A stretch of DNA of 64,000 bases, taken from the NCBI GenBank assembly GCA_947623685.1, contig CANQHF010000002.1, positions 17,913 through 81,912 of the forward strand. Reading direction: 5' to 3'. Both the position numbers and the translations under genes were made by a program. Of the stretch, positions 47,123-59,207 are shown piece after piece (position 1 is the first letter of the stretch; the number at the start of each line of letters is the position of its first letter). The stretch comes from an uncultured Bacilli bacterium (GTDB lineage: Bacteria > Bacillota_I > Bacilli_A > RF39 > UBA660). The notes beneath the pieces were generated by a model that worked only from the letters and a program-made list of their open reading frames with translations, did not search any database and was not told the DNA's origin.

Positions 47123-50100
47123 AATCAACTAATTGTTCTTCTAACACATCAAGTGCATCATTTTCTACTTGTTCACTTTCTAATTTATATTTAACATTAG
47201 AATAGTATTTAGAACCAGTACCTGCTGGGATAAGTTTACCAAGTAAAACATTTTCTTTAAGACCAGTTAGATGATCTACTTTACCTTTTATTGCAGCATC
47301 AGTTAAAATACGAGTAGTTTCTTGGAATGATGCAGCTGATAAGAATGAATCAGTTTCTAGTGAAGCTTTAGTAATACCAAGCATAATTGGACGACCAGTT
47401 GCTGGTTTTTTACCTTCTATAATAGCTTCCTTATTAATCTTGGTAAATTCATGCATTGAAACTAATTTACCAGATACTAACTCAGTTTCACCGCCATCAA
47501 CGATCTTTATTCTTGCAATCATACGGCGAGCAAGTATTTCAATGTGTTTATCAGAAACATCAACACCTTGTGATTTATAAACTTTTTGTACTTCTTCCAA
47601 AATATAATTTTGAGCTGTTATTGGATCGGTTACCGCTAATAATTCTTTAGGGTTAATTGAACCAACGTTAAGTTTATCACCAGCTTTAACCATTTGACCC
47701 TTTTCAACGCAAAGTTTAACACCATAATTAGTTGTGTGTTCCCTTGATTCAACGTCGTTTGTTATCTCAATTTTATATTTACCATTTAAATCTTCTATCT
47801 TTGTTATCTTACCATTTATTTCAGCAATGGTAGATTTTGCCTTAGGTATTCTAGCTTCAAATAACTCTTGAACCCTTGGTAAACCTTGAGTTATATCCTC
47901 ACCTGTTGCAACACCACCGGTATGGAAAGTTCTCATGGTAAGCTGTGTACCTGGTTCACCAATCGATTGAGCTGCCATAATACCAACGGCTTCACCGATT
48001 TCAACTACGTTACCAGTTGCTAAGTTATTACCATAACAGTGTTTACATACACCATTTTCGGTTTTACAAGTTAAAGCTGTTCTTATTTCTACTTCTTTTA
48101 TTCCAGCTTTATCTATTTTATCTGCGATTAATTCGGTAATTAACTCATTTTTATCAACGATTAATTCTTTAGTCTTTGGGTTAATAACTTTTTTATTAGT
48201 AAAGCGTCCTACGATACGTTCGTGTAAGCTTTCAATAACGGTTCCTGCATTTTCATCGATAAATGCTGATACCAAAACACCTTGCATCGTACCGCAATCT
48301 TCTTCTCTTACAATAACGTCTTGTACAACATCAACCAAACGTCTTGTTAAGTAACCTGAATCCGCCGTTTTTAATGCTGTATCTGCGTTACCTTTACGAG
48401 CACCATGAGTTGATATAAAGAATTCTGAAACTGACAATCCATCTATGAATGATGATGTTACTGGGATTTCTACTGCTTCACCATTTGGTTTTGTAAGTAA
48501 TCCACGCATACCTGCTAACTGGGTAAATTGTGATAAGTTACCACGAGCTTTAGAGTTTATCATCATCATAATAGGATTATCTGATGGAGCTTCTACTTTA
48601 GCCTTTAATTCTGCTTGAACTTGGTTAGTAGCATCATTCCATACAGCACATACTTTTTCATAACGTTCTCTATCAGTTATTAAGCCACGTCTATATTGTT
48701 TGTTTATCGTATCAACTATTTTTTGAGATTTTTCAACTATTTCTTGTTTATGCTCACTTGTTTCAACATCTGCAATAGATATTGAAATACCAGATAACGT
48801 TGAATATTTAAATCCTAAATCTTTTAAACGGTCTAGCATTACTGATGTTTCAGTTGTTTTATAACGTTTAAAAATTTGAGCAATAATACTCTTTAAAGCA
48901 CTTTGTGGAAAAGGTTTTACAAGTTCCATAGCTTTAATTGCTTCCGGAATATTTGTACCTTTAGGTAAAAAGTACTTCATTGGAGTTAAGTTTTCAAAGT
49001 TGTCATCAGTAGGTTCATTTATATATTGGAATCCATCTGGCAATATTTCATTAAATTTTAATTTACCAACGGTTGTTACCAAATACATTTCTTTTTGTTC
49101 TTCAGAAAACATCTTATATTTTAAAGATTTGGCCGGAAGCGCAATTCTTGCGTGTAATGTAAGCTCTTTTCTTTCATAAGCTTCGATTGCTTCATTCGCA
49201 TCTTTAAATACCCTTCCTTCACCTTCAATACCAGCTTTTTCCATAGTTATATAATAGTTACCTAATACCATATCTTGAGATGGAGTAACGATTGGTTTAC
49301 CATCTTTTGGTGAAAGAATATTATTTGCACCAAGCATCAATATTCTAGCTTCTGCTTGTGCAGCATCAGAAAGTGGTACGTGAACAGCCATTTGGTCACC
49401 ATCAAAGTCCGCGTTAAATGCAGCACAAACTAAAGGGTGTAATCTAATAGCTTTACCACTAACTAATTTAGGTTCAAAAGCCTGAATACCTAATCTATGA
49501 AGTGTTGGAGCACGGTTTAACATAACTGGATGTTCTTTTATAACTTCTTCAACGATATCCCATACTCTTTCATCTTGGTTTTCAATTAATTTTTTTGCAG
49601 ATTTAATGTTATGAACGATATCTTTTTCAACTAGTCCATGAATAACGTGTGGTTTAAATAGCTCAAGAGCCATTTCCTTTGGTATTCCGCATTGATACAT
49701 CTTAAGAGTTGGACCAACCGCAATAACGCTACGTCCAGAATAGTCAACACGCTTACCAAGTAAGTTTTGACGGAAACGACCTTGTTTTCCTTTTAACATA
49801 CTAGAAATTGACTTTAATGGTCTATTTGATGGACCAGTAACGTTTCTACCACGTCTTCCGTTATCAAACAAAGCATCAACGGCTTCTTGAAGCATACGTT
49901 TTTCGTTTTGAACGATGATTGATGGAGCATTTAATTCAAGAAGCTTTTTCAAACGATTATTACGGTTTATAACACGTCTATACAAATCATTTAAATCACT
50001 TGTTGCAAAACGTCCACCATCTAGTTGAATCATAGGTCTTAACTCTGGTGGTATAACAGGAAGTGCTGTTAATATCATCCATTCAGGTTTATTACCAGAT

Positions 50101-50753
50101 TTATCAAATGAATCTAAAATATCTAATCTCTTTAATAATCTTGCTCTTTTTTGTTCTGATGCTTCTTCTAATTCTTTTTCAATTGCCTTTATTTCAGCTT
50201 TAACATCTATTTCTTTAAGAAGTTTTAAAATTGCTTCAGCACCCATTCCTACTTCAAAAGTATTTCCATACTTTTCATAATAAGCACGATATTCTTTATC
50301 AGATAAAGTTTGCTTTTTTTCTAAAGGTGCTGCACCTGGATTAATTACTACGTAAGAAACAAAGTATAATACTTCTTCTAAATCCCTTGGTGACATATCA
50401 AGTACTAATCCCATACGTGATGGAACACCTTTAAAAAACCATATATGAGATACTGGTGTTGCAAGCTCAATATGACCCATACGTTCACGACGAACTTTAG
50501 CCTTAGTAACTTCTACACCACATCTATCACATATTATGTCTTTATATCTTAATCTTTTGTACTTACCACAAGCACATTCATAATCCTTGGTAGGTCCAAA
50601 TATTTTTTCACAGAACAAACCATCACGCTCTGGTTTTAACGTACGATAGTTAATTGTTTCTGGCTTTTTTACTTCGCCATAAGACCATTCTCTTATTTGT
50701 TCGGGTGAAGCGATAGATATTTTAATTCCTTCAAATCTATTTGCATCTAACAT
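47121..50753 (-). CDS. rpoC: RNA polymerase beta' subunit
   Basis: 1210 aa. Contains [12 protein letters not shown] and the Zn-binding Cys cluster. Confidence 0.98.
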   Translation of the reverse strand: MLDANRFEGIKISIASPEQIREWSYGEVKKPETINYRTLKPERDGLFCEKIFGPTKDYECACGKYKRLRYKDIICDRCGVEVTKAKVRRERMGHIELATPVSHIWFFKGVPSRMGLVLDMSPRDLEEVLYFVSYVVINPGAAPLEKKQTLSDKEYRAYYEKYGNTFEVGMGAEAILKLLKEIDVKAEIKAIEKELEEASEQKRARLLKRLDILDSFDKSGNKPEWMILTALPVIPPELRPMIQLDGGRFATSDLNDLYRRVINRNNRLKKLLELNAPSIIVQNEKRMLQEAVDALFDNGRRGRNVTGPSNRPLKSISSMLKGKQGRFRQNLLGKRVDYSGRSVIAVGPTLKMYQCGIPKEMALELFKPHVIHGLVEKDIVHNIKSAKKLIENQDERVWDIVEEVIKEHPVMLNRAPTLHRLGIQAFEPKLVSGKAIRLHPLVCAAFNADFDGDQMAVHVPLSDAAQAEARILMLGANNILSPKDGKPIVTPSQDMVLGNYYITMEKAGIEGEGRVFKDANEAIEAYERKELTLHARIALPAKSLKYKMFSEEQKEMYLVTTVGKLKFNEILPDGFQYINEPTDDNFENLTPMKYFLPKGTNIPEAIKAMELVKPFPQSALKSIIAQIFKRYKTTETSVMLDRLKDLGFKYSTLSGISISIADVETSEHKQEIVEKSQKIVDTINKQYRRGLITDRERYEKVCAVWNDATNQVQAELKAKVEAPSDNPIMMMINSKARGNLSQFTQLAGMRGLLTKPNGEAVEIPVTSSFIDGLSVSEFFISTHGARKGNADTALKTADSGYLTRRLVDVVQDVIVREEDCGTMQGVLVSAFIDENAGTVIESLHERIVGRFTNKKVINPKTKELIVDKNELITELIADKIDKAGIKEVEIRTALTCKTENGVCKHCYGNNLATGNVVEIGEAVGIMAAQSIGEPGTQLTMRTFHTGGVATGEDITQGLPRVQELFEARIPKAKSTIAEINGKITKIEDLNGKYKIEITNDVESREHTTNYGVKLCVEKGQMVKAGDKLNVGSINPKELLAVTDPITAQNYILEEVQKVYKSQGVDVSDKHIEILARRMIARIKIVDGGETELVSGKLVSMHEFTKINKEAIIEGKKPATGRPIMLGITKASLETDSFLSAASFQETTRILTDAAIKGKVDHLTGLKENVLLGKLIPAGTGSKYYSNVKYKLESEQVENDALDVLEEQLVD

Positions 50754-53700
50754 TACTCCTCATCCCCTTTCATAAGTGAATCATCTAATTCATCAAGTTT
50801 ATCTTCGACTTCCGCTTCATAGTCATCTTCTTCCTTGCTTACTTCTTCTTCTTGATTTGTTTCTTCTTCATTTACAACATCAAGTTTTTCTTTTGGAGTT
50901 ACCATTGAAACGTTATCTATTTCCTCAATTGATAAAGGTGTGGTTTCTTTATCCTCTTCTTCTTCTAGGGTTTTTATATCTATTTCTTTTCCATCTTCGT
51001 TTATCATCGCAATGTTTAAACCTAAAGCTTGGAACTCTTTGACAAGAACCCTAAAGCTTTCTGGTACCCCAGCTTGGTCAACTGGTTTTCCTTTAACAAT
51101 TGATTCATAAACCTTTACACGACCGATAACATCATCTGATTTAACGGTCAAAATCTCTTGAAGAACGTGAGCAGCACCATAAGCATAAAGTGCCCAAACT
51201 TCCATTTCTCCAAATCTTTGACCACCGAATTGGGCTTTACCACCTAAAGGTTGTTGTGTAACTAAAGAGTATGGTCCAGTTGCACGAGCATGTAACTTAT
51301 CATCAACCATATGATCTAGTTTAATCATGTACATTACACCAACCGCTACACGGTTATCAAATGGTTCACCTGTTTTACCATTATATAAAACTGTTTTTCC
51401 ATCTGGATCCATTCCAGCTTCTGCCATCATTTCCTTTATGTCATCCCATGTTGCACCATCAAATACTGGTGTTGATGTATAAACTCCTAATTTTTTAGCA
51501 GCCATACCAAGATGCATTTCAAGAATTTGTCCAGGATTCATACGTGATGGAACACCTAATGGGTTAAGTAAGATATCAACTGGTGTACCATCTGGTAAGT
51601 ATGGCATATCTTCTTGTGGAGCAACAAGCGAAATAACACCCTTGTTACCGTGACGACCGGCCATTTTATCTCCTACTTGAATCTTACGTTTTTGAACTAT
51701 GTACACACGAATTTCCTTACTAACTCCACTTGGAAGTTCATCAGAATCCTTTTTAGTATAAATTTTTATATCATGAACGATACCAGCACCACCATGTGGT
51801 ACACGAAGTGATGTATCCCTTACTTCACGCGTTTTTTCACCAAAAATCGCATGCAACAATTTTTCTTCAGAAGTAAGTTCTACCATTCCTTTTGGAGTTA
51901 CTTTACCAACTAAAATGTCTCCTTCTTTTACTTCCGTTCCAATTCTTATGATACCATTAGCATCCAAGTTTTTACGTGCTTCTTCACTTACGTTTGGAAT
52001 ATCACGAGTAATTTCTTCAGGTCCTAATTTAGTATCACGGCACTGAATTTCATAATCTTCTATATAAATTGATGTTAACACATCATCTTTAACCATTCTT
52101 TCGTTAAGAATAACAGCATCCTCATAGTTGTATCCATTATAAGTCATAAATGCAACAGTTAAGTTTTTACCTAATGCTACTTCACCTTTATCAGTTGATG
52201 GACCATCTGCTATTATTTGTCCGCGTTTTACTTTATCGCCAACCCTTACAATTGGTCTTTGATGATAACACGTACCAGCGTTTGATCCTTCAAAGTTCTT
52301 TAATATGTATATATCCTTTGCTTTGGTTGTTTTAACAACTATCTTTTTACCATCAACATATTCAACAACACCATCTGATTTTGATAATACGGTAACCCCG
52401 CTATCTTTTGCAGCTTGTGCTTCTACACCAGTTGCAACAAGTGGTGCTTCTGCTTTTAAAAGTGGTAATGCTTGACGCTGCATGTTAGAACCCATTAATG
52501 CACGGTGAGCATCATCATGATCAAGGAATGGAATACAACTTGTCGTAACAGATACAATTTGTTGTGGTGCAACATCGATATAATCTATTTCTTTAGGTGA
52601 TGCAAGTATGTTTTCACCATTTTGACGAGCTGGACAATGCTCTTGAATAATTGTATCGCCATCCATTTCAACTTTAGCTTGCGCTATTATATGTCCGTTT
52701 TCTTCGTCAGCGGTTAAATAATCTATTTGATCTAGTAATTTACCATCTTTTACCCTTCTATAAGGTGTCATAATAAATCCATAATCATTTATTTTTGCGT
52801 AATTTGCAAGTGACGTAATAAGTCCTATGTTAGCACCTTCTGGTGACTCAATTGGACATATTCTACCATAGTGTGATACGTTAACGTCACGTACTTCCAT
52901 AGCAGCTCTATCACGTGATAAACCACCAGGTCCTAAAGCAGATAAACGCCTTTTATTATTTAATTCTGATAATGGATTTATCTGATCCATAAATTGTGAT
53001 AATGGACTAGATCCAAAAAATTCTTTAATAACAGCAGTTATTGGTCTTATGTTTATTAAGGTTTTAGGAGTTGCTGTTTCAATATCTAAAGTAGTCATTC
53101 TTTCGCGAATAACCCTTTCCATACGAGCAACACCAATTCTGAATTGATTTTGTAATAATTCACCAACTTGTCTTAAACGGCGGTTAGACAAATGGTCTAT
53201 TTCATCAATCGTTCCAACGCCTTGCAATAAATTTAAATAATAAGATATTGATGCATATATATCTGATATAGTAAGTGTTTTAACATCAATTGATTGATCA
53301 TTACCTATTACTTTAATTATTTTATTAGGATCCGTTGGTGAATAGATATTAACGATTTGAACCATCGTATGATCATCAAGTTCCTTATTAGAAGTAGCAT
53401 CAACCATCGCATAACCATTTTCAAAAATAGGTTTTAATGTTTCTAATACTTCATTAGTTACTTTTGTTCCAGACTTAACTACTACCTTACCATCAATTTT
53501 AATATCTTGAGCTAATTTTTGATTTAATAAACGGTCAATTACGTTAAGTTTTTTATTAAATTTATAACGACCAACCTTAGCTAAATCATATCTAAAATTA
53601 TCAAAAAATCTAGTTATTAATTGGTTTTTAGCACTATCAAGAGTTGCTGGCTCTCCTGGTTTTAGCTTTTCATATATTTCAAGTAAAGCCTCATCCGTAT

Positions 53701-54382
53701 TTTTAGTAGAATCTTTTTCTAAAGTATTTTTTAAATATTCATCTTCACCATATAATTTTAAAATGTCATCATTGCTAGATAAACCAAAAGCCCTTAAGAA
53801 AGCGGTTACAACAACTTTCCTATTACGATCTATCCTAACATCTACAACATCTTTACTATTTAACTTATACTCAAGCCAAGTACCCCTAGTTGGGATTATT
53901 TGAGAAGATATAATAGAACGTCCATTTTTATCTATTTCACTTCCATAATATACACTTGGAGAACGCACTAATTGCGATACAATAACACGTTCTGACCCAT
54001 TAAATATAAATGACCCAGAATCAGTCATCAATGGCATATCGCCTAAAAAGATTTCTTGTTCTTTTACCTCGCCAGTTTCATTATTAAATAAACGAGTTTG
54101 AACCTTTAGCGGAGCAGCATACGTAGTTTTCTTCTCCTTGCATTCTTTTATTGTATGTCTTGGTTCATCAAATGAGTATTCACCAAATTCTAAAGATAAT
54201 GTTCCAGAGAAATTTTCTACTGGGCTTATTTCCTCTAACACTTCTTTAATTCCTTCTTGAATAAACCAATTATATGATTTGGTTTGTATCTCAAGTAAGT
54301 CAGATAATTCCAATGAATTATTTACTCTTGAGAAGTCTCTTCTTTCACGGTATTCATTTACTTTTTTTATCTTATAAGCCAC
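50753..54382 (-). CDS. rpoB: RNA polymerase beta subunit
   Basis: 1209 aa. Has the canonical rif-region sequence [34 protein letters not shown]. Confidence 0.98.
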   Translation of the reverse strand: MAYKIKKVNEYRERRDFSRVNNSLELSDLLEIQTKSYNWFIQEGIKEVLEEISPVENFSGTLSLEFGEYSFDEPRHTIKECKEKKTTYAAPLKVQTRLFNNETGEVKEQEIFLGDMPLMTDSGSFIFNGSERVIVSQLVRSPSVYYGSEIDKNGRSIISSQIIPTRGTWLEYKLNSKDVVDVRIDRNRKVVVTAFLRAFGLSSNDDILKLYGEDEYLKNTLEKDSTKNTDEALLEIYEKLKPGEPATLDSAKNQLITRFFDNFRYDLAKVGRYKFNKKLNVIDRLLNQKLAQDIKIDGKVVVKSGTKVTNEVLETLKPIFENGYAMVDATSNKELDDHTMVQIVNIYSPTDPNKIIKVIGNDQSIDVKTLTISDIYASISYYLNLLQGVGTIDEIDHLSNRRLRQVGELLQNQFRIGVARMERVIRERMTTLDIETATPKTLINIRPITAVIKEFFGSSPLSQFMDQINPLSELNNKRRLSALGPGGLSRDRAAMEVRDVNVSHYGRICPIESPEGANIGLITSLANYAKINDYGFIMTPYRRVKDGKLLDQIDYLTADEENGHIIAQAKVEMDGDTIIQEHCPARQNGENILASPKEIDYIDVAPQQIVSVTTSCIPFLDHDDAHRALMGSNMQRQALPLLKAEAPLVATGVEAQAAKDSGVTVLSKSDGVVEYVDGKKIVVKTTKAKDIYILKNFEGSNAGTCYHQRPIVRVGDKVKRGQIIADGPSTDKGEVALGKNLTVAFMTYNGYNYEDAVILNERMVKDDVLTSIYIEDYEIQCRDTKLGPEEITRDIPNVSEEARKNLDANGIIRIGTEVKEGDILVGKVTPKGMVELTSEEKLLHAIFGEKTREVRDTSLRVPHGGAGIVHDIKIYTKKDSDELPSGVSKEIRVYIVQKRKIQVGDKMAGRHGNKGVISLVAPQEDMPYLPDGTPVDILLNPLGVPSRMNPGQILEMHLGMAAKKLGVYTSTPVFDGATWDDIKEMMAEAGMDPDGKTVLYNGKTGEPFDNRVAVGVMYMIKLDHMVDDKLHARATGPYSLVTQQPLGGKAQFGGQRFGEMEVWALYAYGAAHVLQEILTVKSDDVIGRVKVYESIVKGKPVDQAGVPESFRVLVKEFQALGLNIAMINEDGKEIDIKTLEEEEDKETTPLSIEEIDNVSMVTPKEKLDVVNEEETNQEEEVSKEEDDYEAEVEDKLDELDDSLMKGDEE

Positions 54383-54453
54383 TCAATTCCACCCCTAAAC
54401 TATAAAATTTTTAAAGAACATGTCTAAATTTAAAGACACAGTACCAATTTAAA

Positions 54454-54482
54454 ATAATACAAGAAAAAGCTAGTGTTGTCAA
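54454..54482 (-). promoter_or_regulatory. Promoter TTGACA-17 nt-TATTAT upstream of rpoB
   Basis: On the minus strand, the -35 is at 54482..54477 and the -10 at 54459..54454. Confidence 0.5.
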
Positions 54483-54494
54483 TAGATTTTATAA

Positions 54495-54540
54495 AAAAAT
54501 AAAATAAAAAAAACATAAATTTTAAATATTTATGTTTTTT
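54495..54540 (-). terminator. Intrinsic terminator between the methyltransferase gene and rpoB
   Basis: Stem aaaaacataaat (54509..54520) and atttatgttttt (54528..54539), followed by a T-run on the minus strand. Confidence 0.55.
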
Positions 54541-54569
54541 ATAACATTTTCAAACATTTTTCGTTAGAA

Positions 54570-55154
54570 TTATTCTGCTTTTATTATGCAATAACCTTTT
54601 TTGGTTATTATAACATCTGTTTTTTTATAAACTTTTTTCATATCTTCAGTCAATGATTTCGCACCTTGTTTTTTTCTTACAACAATCCATAGCTCACCTT
54701 TTTCTTTTAAATGCTCTTTAGCTTTCATTATAATCTCATATAATTTTTCTTTACCTACTCTAATAGGTGGGTTAGATACTATGTAATCATATTTTTTATT
54801 TATATTCTCATAAGCATCTGATAAAAACACATTAGCATCTAATTGTTGCTCTTTTAAAGCTATCTTTGATAAATGAAGTGCCCTTTTATTAATATCAGAC
54901 ATATCCACAGTAAAACCTAATTTTGAAGCATATATTCCTATTGGGCCACATCCACATCCTATATCTAATAATGTTTTTTCTTGTGGATAAGTATAACAAA
55001 AAGTTTTTAGTAACAATTCTGTTCCAAAATCGAGCTCGCCTTTAGAAAATACACCATTATCCGTATAAAAATAATAACTTGTCCCATTAATAATCGTATT
55101 TATTTTCTTAATATTAGATTTTAAGTTATCGTCATTTGTAAAATAATGTGCCAT
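54570..55154 (-). CDS. Class I SAM-dependent methyltransferase (YbxB/RsmC-like)
   Basis: Motifs LDIGCGCGPIG and VSNPPIRVG. Position between rplL and rpoB matches Bacillus ybxB. Confidence 0.75.
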   Translation of the reverse strand: MAHYFTNDDNLKSNIKKINTIINGTSYYFYTDNGVFSKGELDFGTELLLKTFCYTYPQEKTLLDIGCGCGPIGIYASKLGFTVDMSDINKRALHLSKIALKEQQLDANVFLSDAYENINKKYDYIVSNPPIRVGKEKLYEIIMKAKEHLKEKGELWIVVRKKQGAKSLTEDMKKVYKKTDVIITKKGYCIIKAE

Positions 55155-55829
55155 TTAATCTTCCTTATATCCTAAAGTTTTCATTCTTAATAATTCTTTA
55201 GTTGATAGTTCTTTTAAAAATTCTGATAATCCTTTTATGTCTTCTTTTCTTAATAATTCAAAGTATTTAACTCTATCATCAGTTTGTATAACAACGGGTG
55301 CAACATTATTTCTTAATAATTCATAATTTATAAGTAATCTTCCCGTACGACCATTGCCATCTTCAAAAGGATGAATCTTTTCAAATTCGATATGGTATTT
55401 TGCAATTTTTTCAAATAAGTCATCAATTACTTCATTATTATAATTATAAACAAAGTATAGCATCATATTAGGTACTTCAGAATATTTTGGCGGAATATGA
55501 TCACTACCTTTTATAATAACATTTACATTTCTATATCCTTCTGTTTCTTTTATATCTTGATTTATTATTTTATTTATATTCTTAATTAATATCTCGCTTA
55601 ATGTTTCATTAATATTATCAAAAACGTGTAAAAGAGCCTTTTTATGATTAATAGCCTCGTATATTTCCCTTGGTTCTTTATTACTAATTTTAAAATTATT
55701 ATCGTTAAAAATGATAGCATATGTTTCCGCATAAGTTAAAGTGCTACCTTCTATCGCATTTGAATGATATGTACTTCTAGTTATAAAATCTTCCATATAT
55801 TCTTTATTATTTAAAATAAAATTAATCAT
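55155..55829 (-). CDS. fic: Fic-family protein (AMPylase-type, with intrinsic inhibitory motif)
   Basis: Active-site motif HPFEDGNGRTGR. N-terminal S-x-x-x-E-G motif (SNAIEG). The stop abuts the methyltransferase start. Confidence 0.85.
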   Translation of the reverse strand: MINFILNNKEYMEDFITRSTYHSNAIEGSTLTYAETYAIIFNDNNFKISNKEPREIYEAINHKKALLHVFDNINETLSEILIKNINKIINQDIKETEGYRNVNVIIKGSDHIPPKYSEVPNMMLYFVYNYNNEVIDDLFEKIAKYHIEFEKIHPFEDGNGRTGRLLINYELLRNNVAPVVIQTDDRVKYFELLRKEDIKGLSEFLKELSTKELLRMKTLGYKED

Positions 55830-55863
55830 AAAGCATACCTCCTACAAAAACATTATAACATAA

Positions 55864-55893
55864 ATAAAAGGAATACGAAATAATCCGTATTCC
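55864..55893 (-). terminator. Intrinsic terminator / attenuator after rplL
   Basis: On the minus strand, GGAATACG-GATTATTT-CGTATTCC is followed by TTTTATTT. Confidence 0.65.
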
Positions 55894-55914
55894 ATAAGTA
55901 CTTATTTAACCAGC

Positions 55915-56286
55915 TTAAGCAAGTTCTACAGTTGCTCCTGCTTCTTCTAATTTAGCTTTAATTTCGTTAGCTTCATCCATTGGAGCGTTTTCCTTAATGT
56001 TTCCACCTTCATCAGCTAATTTTTTAGCTTCCATTAATCCTAAACCAGTAATATCTCTAATTGCTTTTATTACTTGGATTTTAGCTGCTCCAGCATCCTT
56101 TAATACAACCGTTGCAGAAGTTTTTTCTTCTGCTTGAGCTACTGCGCCAGCTACTGGTGCTGCTACAGCTACAGCACTTGGATCTACTCCAAATTCTTCC
56201 TTCATTTTGTCAACTAATTCTTTTACTTCAAGAATTTTCATTTCCTTGATTGCATCAATAATTTCTTGTGTACTTATTTTTGCCAT
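55915..56286 (-). CDS. rplL: 50S ribosomal protein L7/L12
   Basis: 123 aa with the Ala-rich hinge and the C-terminal GLGLMEAKKL. Confidence 0.97.
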   Translation of the reverse strand: MAKISTQEIIDAIKEMKILEVKELVDKMKEEFGVDPSAVAVAAPVAGAVAQAEEKTSATVVLKDAGAAKIQVIKAIRDITGLGLMEAKKLADEGGNIKENAPMDEANEIKAKLEEAGATVELA

Positions 56287-56311
56287 TTTATTTTCCCTCC
56301 ATATTTTTAAA

Positions 56312-56809
56312 TTATTTTTCTTCTTCTAGATTTTGACTATGTAAGTCAAGACATATTGCAACGTTTTTAACATGTTCCATTAAGCCTGCAGCAAACATTG
56401 TAAGTAAACCATCCCTTGATGGAATTGTTGCTAACTTTTTTAATTCGTCAACGTTTGTTTCTTTTCCATCAACGTATCCACCTTTTAATTCTAGGGTTGG
56501 ATGATCCTTAGCAAAGTCCGCTAAAACTTTGATTGGAGCTATCGCATCATGTGACGTTGCCATTGCTGATGGACCTTCAAGGCAATCATCTAAATTAATA
56601 GATAACTGATCAAAAGCCCTTTTTGTTAAAGTATTTTTATATACTTTATAAGATGCGTCTTCCTGACGTAATTTGCGACGTAAATCGGTTATCTCAGCGT
56701 CAGTTAAACCACGATAATCAAATAAAACAACGCTTTGAGAATCTTCTACTTTTTGTTTTATTTCATTAACTATTTCTTCTTTTTTAGCGATGATAGTTTT
56801 ATTTGCCAT
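56312..56809 (-). CDS. rplJ: 50S ribosomal protein L10
   Basis: 165 aa directly upstream of rplL. Confidence 0.95.
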   Translation of the reverse strand: MANKTIIAKKEEIVNEIKQKVEDSQSVVLFDYRGLTDAEITDLRRKLRQEDASYKVYKNTLTKRAFDQLSINLDDCLEGPSAMATSHDAIAPIKVLADFAKDHPTLELKGGYVDGKETNVDELKKLATIPSRDGLLTMFAAGLMEHVKNVAICLDLHSQNLEEEK

Positions 56810-56824
56810 TTTTTCCTCCTTTGC

Positions 56825-57000
56825 TAGTTTTTTAAGTACCTTTTATAAATTAAAAGGCCTTCATCAAAGACGTGAAGACCTTAAAATCCTATATTTTGAT
56901 TTTTTGCCTCGGTAGGAATAATAGTTACGCAAAATAATTGCTCCTACTGTCTTTGGTACTTTATATAATTAACGCCTTTATGGCGATAACCATAAACATT
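56825..57000 (-). promoter_or_regulatory. Structured rplJ leader (L10-leader-like autoregulatory element)
   Basis: A 200-nt gap upstream of rplJ contains strong helices: AAGGTCTTCACG...GATGAAGGCCTT, and GTAGGAGCAATTATTTTGCGTAACTATTATTCCTAC. Position matches the known Firmicutes L10 leader. Confidence 0.5.
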
Positions 57001-57015
57001 TTATCTTATTTATTA

Positions 57016-57714
57016 TTAATTGTCAAATTCAGTTAAATCTATTTTAACGCCTGGTCCCATCGTTGATGCGATGGATACGTTTTTAAGATACGTTCCTTTA
57101 GCAGCTTGTGGCTTAGATTTAATTATAACATCCATAAATGCTTTTATGTTAGCAATTAATTTATCATTATCAAATGATACCTTACCAACAATTGCATGAA
57201 CGTTTGCATAAGAATCTGTACGGTATTCAACACGTCCTTTTTTAACGTCTTCAACCGCTTTTTTAGTATCCATTGTAACGGTTCCAGTCTTTGGATTTGG
57301 CATTAATCCTTTTGGTCCTAAAACCTTACCTAACTTACCTAATAATGGCATCATTTCAGGTGTTGCAATAATTACATCATAATCAAAAAAGTTTTCTTTT
57401 TCAATCTTGTTAATCATATCAACATCACCAACGTAATCTGCTCCAGCATCCGTTGCCGCCTTAGCAGCATCACCTTTTGCTAAAACTAAAACTTTTTTAG
57501 TTTTACCTGTTCCATTAGGTAATACGATTGCTCCTCTTAATTGTTGATCATTTTTCTTTGTATCTAGATTTAATCTAACCGCTATTTCAACGGTTCCATC
57601 AAATTTAGATGTTGAAGTTTCTTTAACTAACTTAACTGCTTCATTTAAAGGATAAGATTTACCCTTTTCAATTTTGTTTAAAGCTTCAAGATACTTCTTA
57701 CTTTTCTTTTTCAT
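57016..57714 (-). CDS. rplA: 50S ribosomal protein L1
   Basis: 232 aa with typical L1 sequence. Confidence 0.96.
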   Translation of the reverse strand: MKKKSKKYLEALNKIEKGKSYPLNEAVKLVKETSTSKFDGTVEIAVRLNLDTKKNDQQLRGAIVLPNGTGKTKKVLVLAKGDAAKAATDAGADYVGDVDMINKIEKENFFDYDVIIATPEMMPLLGKLGKVLGPKGLMPNPKTGTVTMDTKKAVEDVKKGRVEYRTDSYANVHAIVGKVSFDNDKLIANIKAFMDVIIKSKPQAAKGTYLKNVSIASTMGPGVKIDLTEFDN

Positions 57715-57793
57715 TTTCTTACCTCCTTGTGGTATATAGCGGATTTTCCTCCCACATAGATAAATCTATATGACTTATATTTTTATTATTTTA

Positions 57794-58219
57794 CTAATCT
57801 TTAATTTCAATACCCATGTTTTTAGCGGTACCAGCAACTATTTTCATAGCTTCTTCTACGGTATACGCATTTAAATCAGGTAATTTGATTTCTGCAATTT
57901 CTTTTAATTGTGCTGTAGTAATAGATCCAATGATTTCTTTTGAACCTTTCGTAGAACCTTTTTTTACTTTAGCAATCTTCTTTAATAAGAATGCAGTTGG
58001 TGGTGTTAAGAACCTAAGTTCGAAACTTCTATCATCATAAACTGATATTTCAACTGGAACTATATCACCCATCTTATCTTTAGTTGCGTCGTTATATTTA
58101 ACACAAAATTCACCAGAGTTAACTCCTAATGGTCCAAGGGCCGTACCTACTGGTGGAGCTGGTGTAGCCTTACCTGCTGGCAATTGTAATTTTAACTTTC
58201 TTACTAATTCCTTTGCCAC
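57794..58219 (-). CDS. rplK: 50S ribosomal protein L11
   Basis: GTG start (VAKELVRKLKLQLPAGKATPAPPVG) located 6 nt after GGAGGTG. Confidence 0.95.
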   Translation of the reverse strand: MAKELVRKLKLQLPAGKATPAPPVGTALGPLGVNSGEFCVKYNDATKDKMGDIVPVEISVYDDRSFELRFLTPPTAFLLKKIAKVKKGSTKGSKEIIGSITTAQLKEIAEIKLPDLNAYTVEEAMKIVAGTAKNMGIEIKD

Positions 58220-58370
58220 GAAAAACACCTCCTATAAATTATTTTTTCGCGAGTGGTCAAATAGCTTTTTCAAATCCGCGCCTTCCACTAATTTTCTTTC
58301 ATCATCTATATAAATATATAGCTGCGAGATAATTTTATCACAGCCAATATGATAAAAGCAAGTACTTTTA

Positions 58371-58907
58371 TTATTCTTTAGTAAACTGAGTTAATTCTAA
58401 CTCGACGTTTGTTTCTTGACCAAACAAGTCAATTGCAACCGTTGCGACGTTATCATCCAAATTAAGACTAATTATCTTTCCTGCTAACATTTTGAATGGT
58501 CCATCAGTTATCTTAACTTTATCACCTACTTCATAGTTAACAACAACAGTATCGCCTTTATATCCAATTTCCTTAAAGATTCTTTCAACTTCTTCATCAT
58601 ATAAAGGCACTGGCTTTGCACCTTTACCAGATGATCCTAAAAATCCAGTTACGCCTGGTGTATTACGAACAATATACCAAGATTCATCCGACATTATCAT
58701 TTCAACTAATACATAACCAGGAAATAATTTTTTTAGTTTTTCTTTTTTCTTTCCATCTTTTATCTCTACTTCTTTTCTTTCTGGAACGATTACTCTAAAA
58801 ATGTTTTCTTGCATATCCATTGAGTTAATTCTCATGTCTAACTTTTCTTTTACTTTATCTTCGTGTCCCGAATAAGTGTTTACAACGTACCATTTTTTTT
58901 CTTCCAT
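58371..58907 (-). CDS. nusG: Transcription termination/antitermination factor NusG
   Basis: Start MEEKKWYVVNTYSGHE. Has NGN and KOW domains. Confidence 0.95.
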   Translation of the reverse strand: MEEKKWYVVNTYSGHEDKVKEKLDMRINSMDMQENIFRVIVPERKEVEIKDGKKKEKLKKLFPGYVLVEMIMSDESWYIVRNTPGVTGFLGSSGKGAKPVPLYDEEVERIFKEIGYKGDTVVVNYEVGDKVKITDGPFKMLAGKIISLNLDDNVATVAIDLFGQETNVELELTQFTKE

Positions 58908-58908
58908 G

Positions 58909-59127
58909 TTAACCAATTAACTCCTTTACGTATGATATTAATGCAATTATAAGATCCGTTCCAACAAAAAATAAACAGATAAACAACATAAACAAAAGCG
59001 TTGCTAATGAATATTTGAATAAGTTTTTCTTTGATGTCCATACTACTTTTTTAGCTTCCTTTTTTACGTCAACAAAAAAGTCTTTAAAGAAAGTAAATAT
59101 ATTTTTTTTCTTTTTTTCTTTTGCCAT
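58909..59127 (-). CDS. secE: Preprotein translocase subunit SecE
   Basis: Start MAKEKKKKNIFTFFKDF, one TM helix, upstream of nusG. Confidence 0.85.
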   Translation of the reverse strand: MAKEKKKKNIFTFFKDFFVDVKKEAKKVVWTSKKNLFKYSLATLLFMLFICLFFVGTDLIIALISYVKELIG

Positions 59128-59207
59128 AATATTTCTCCTACAAATCCAAAATAAAAACACCTTTAAAGTGCTAACTAACTAAATATTAGCACAAAACATA
59201 TTAATAG

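Noticed and set aside
50753-51050. Acidic C-terminal extension of RpoB and acidic tail of RpoE as possible unusual domains
   Set aside because: Acidic tails are normal for delta, and lineage-variable for beta. Total lengths are close to the Bacillus orthologs.
58229-58370. Possible L1-binding autoregulatory leader upstream of rplK (helix AGTGG...CCACT with flanking CGCG)
   Set aside because: Some pairing is visible, but I cannot match it to the known L1-binding motif by eye. Left unannotated pending a covariance-model scan.
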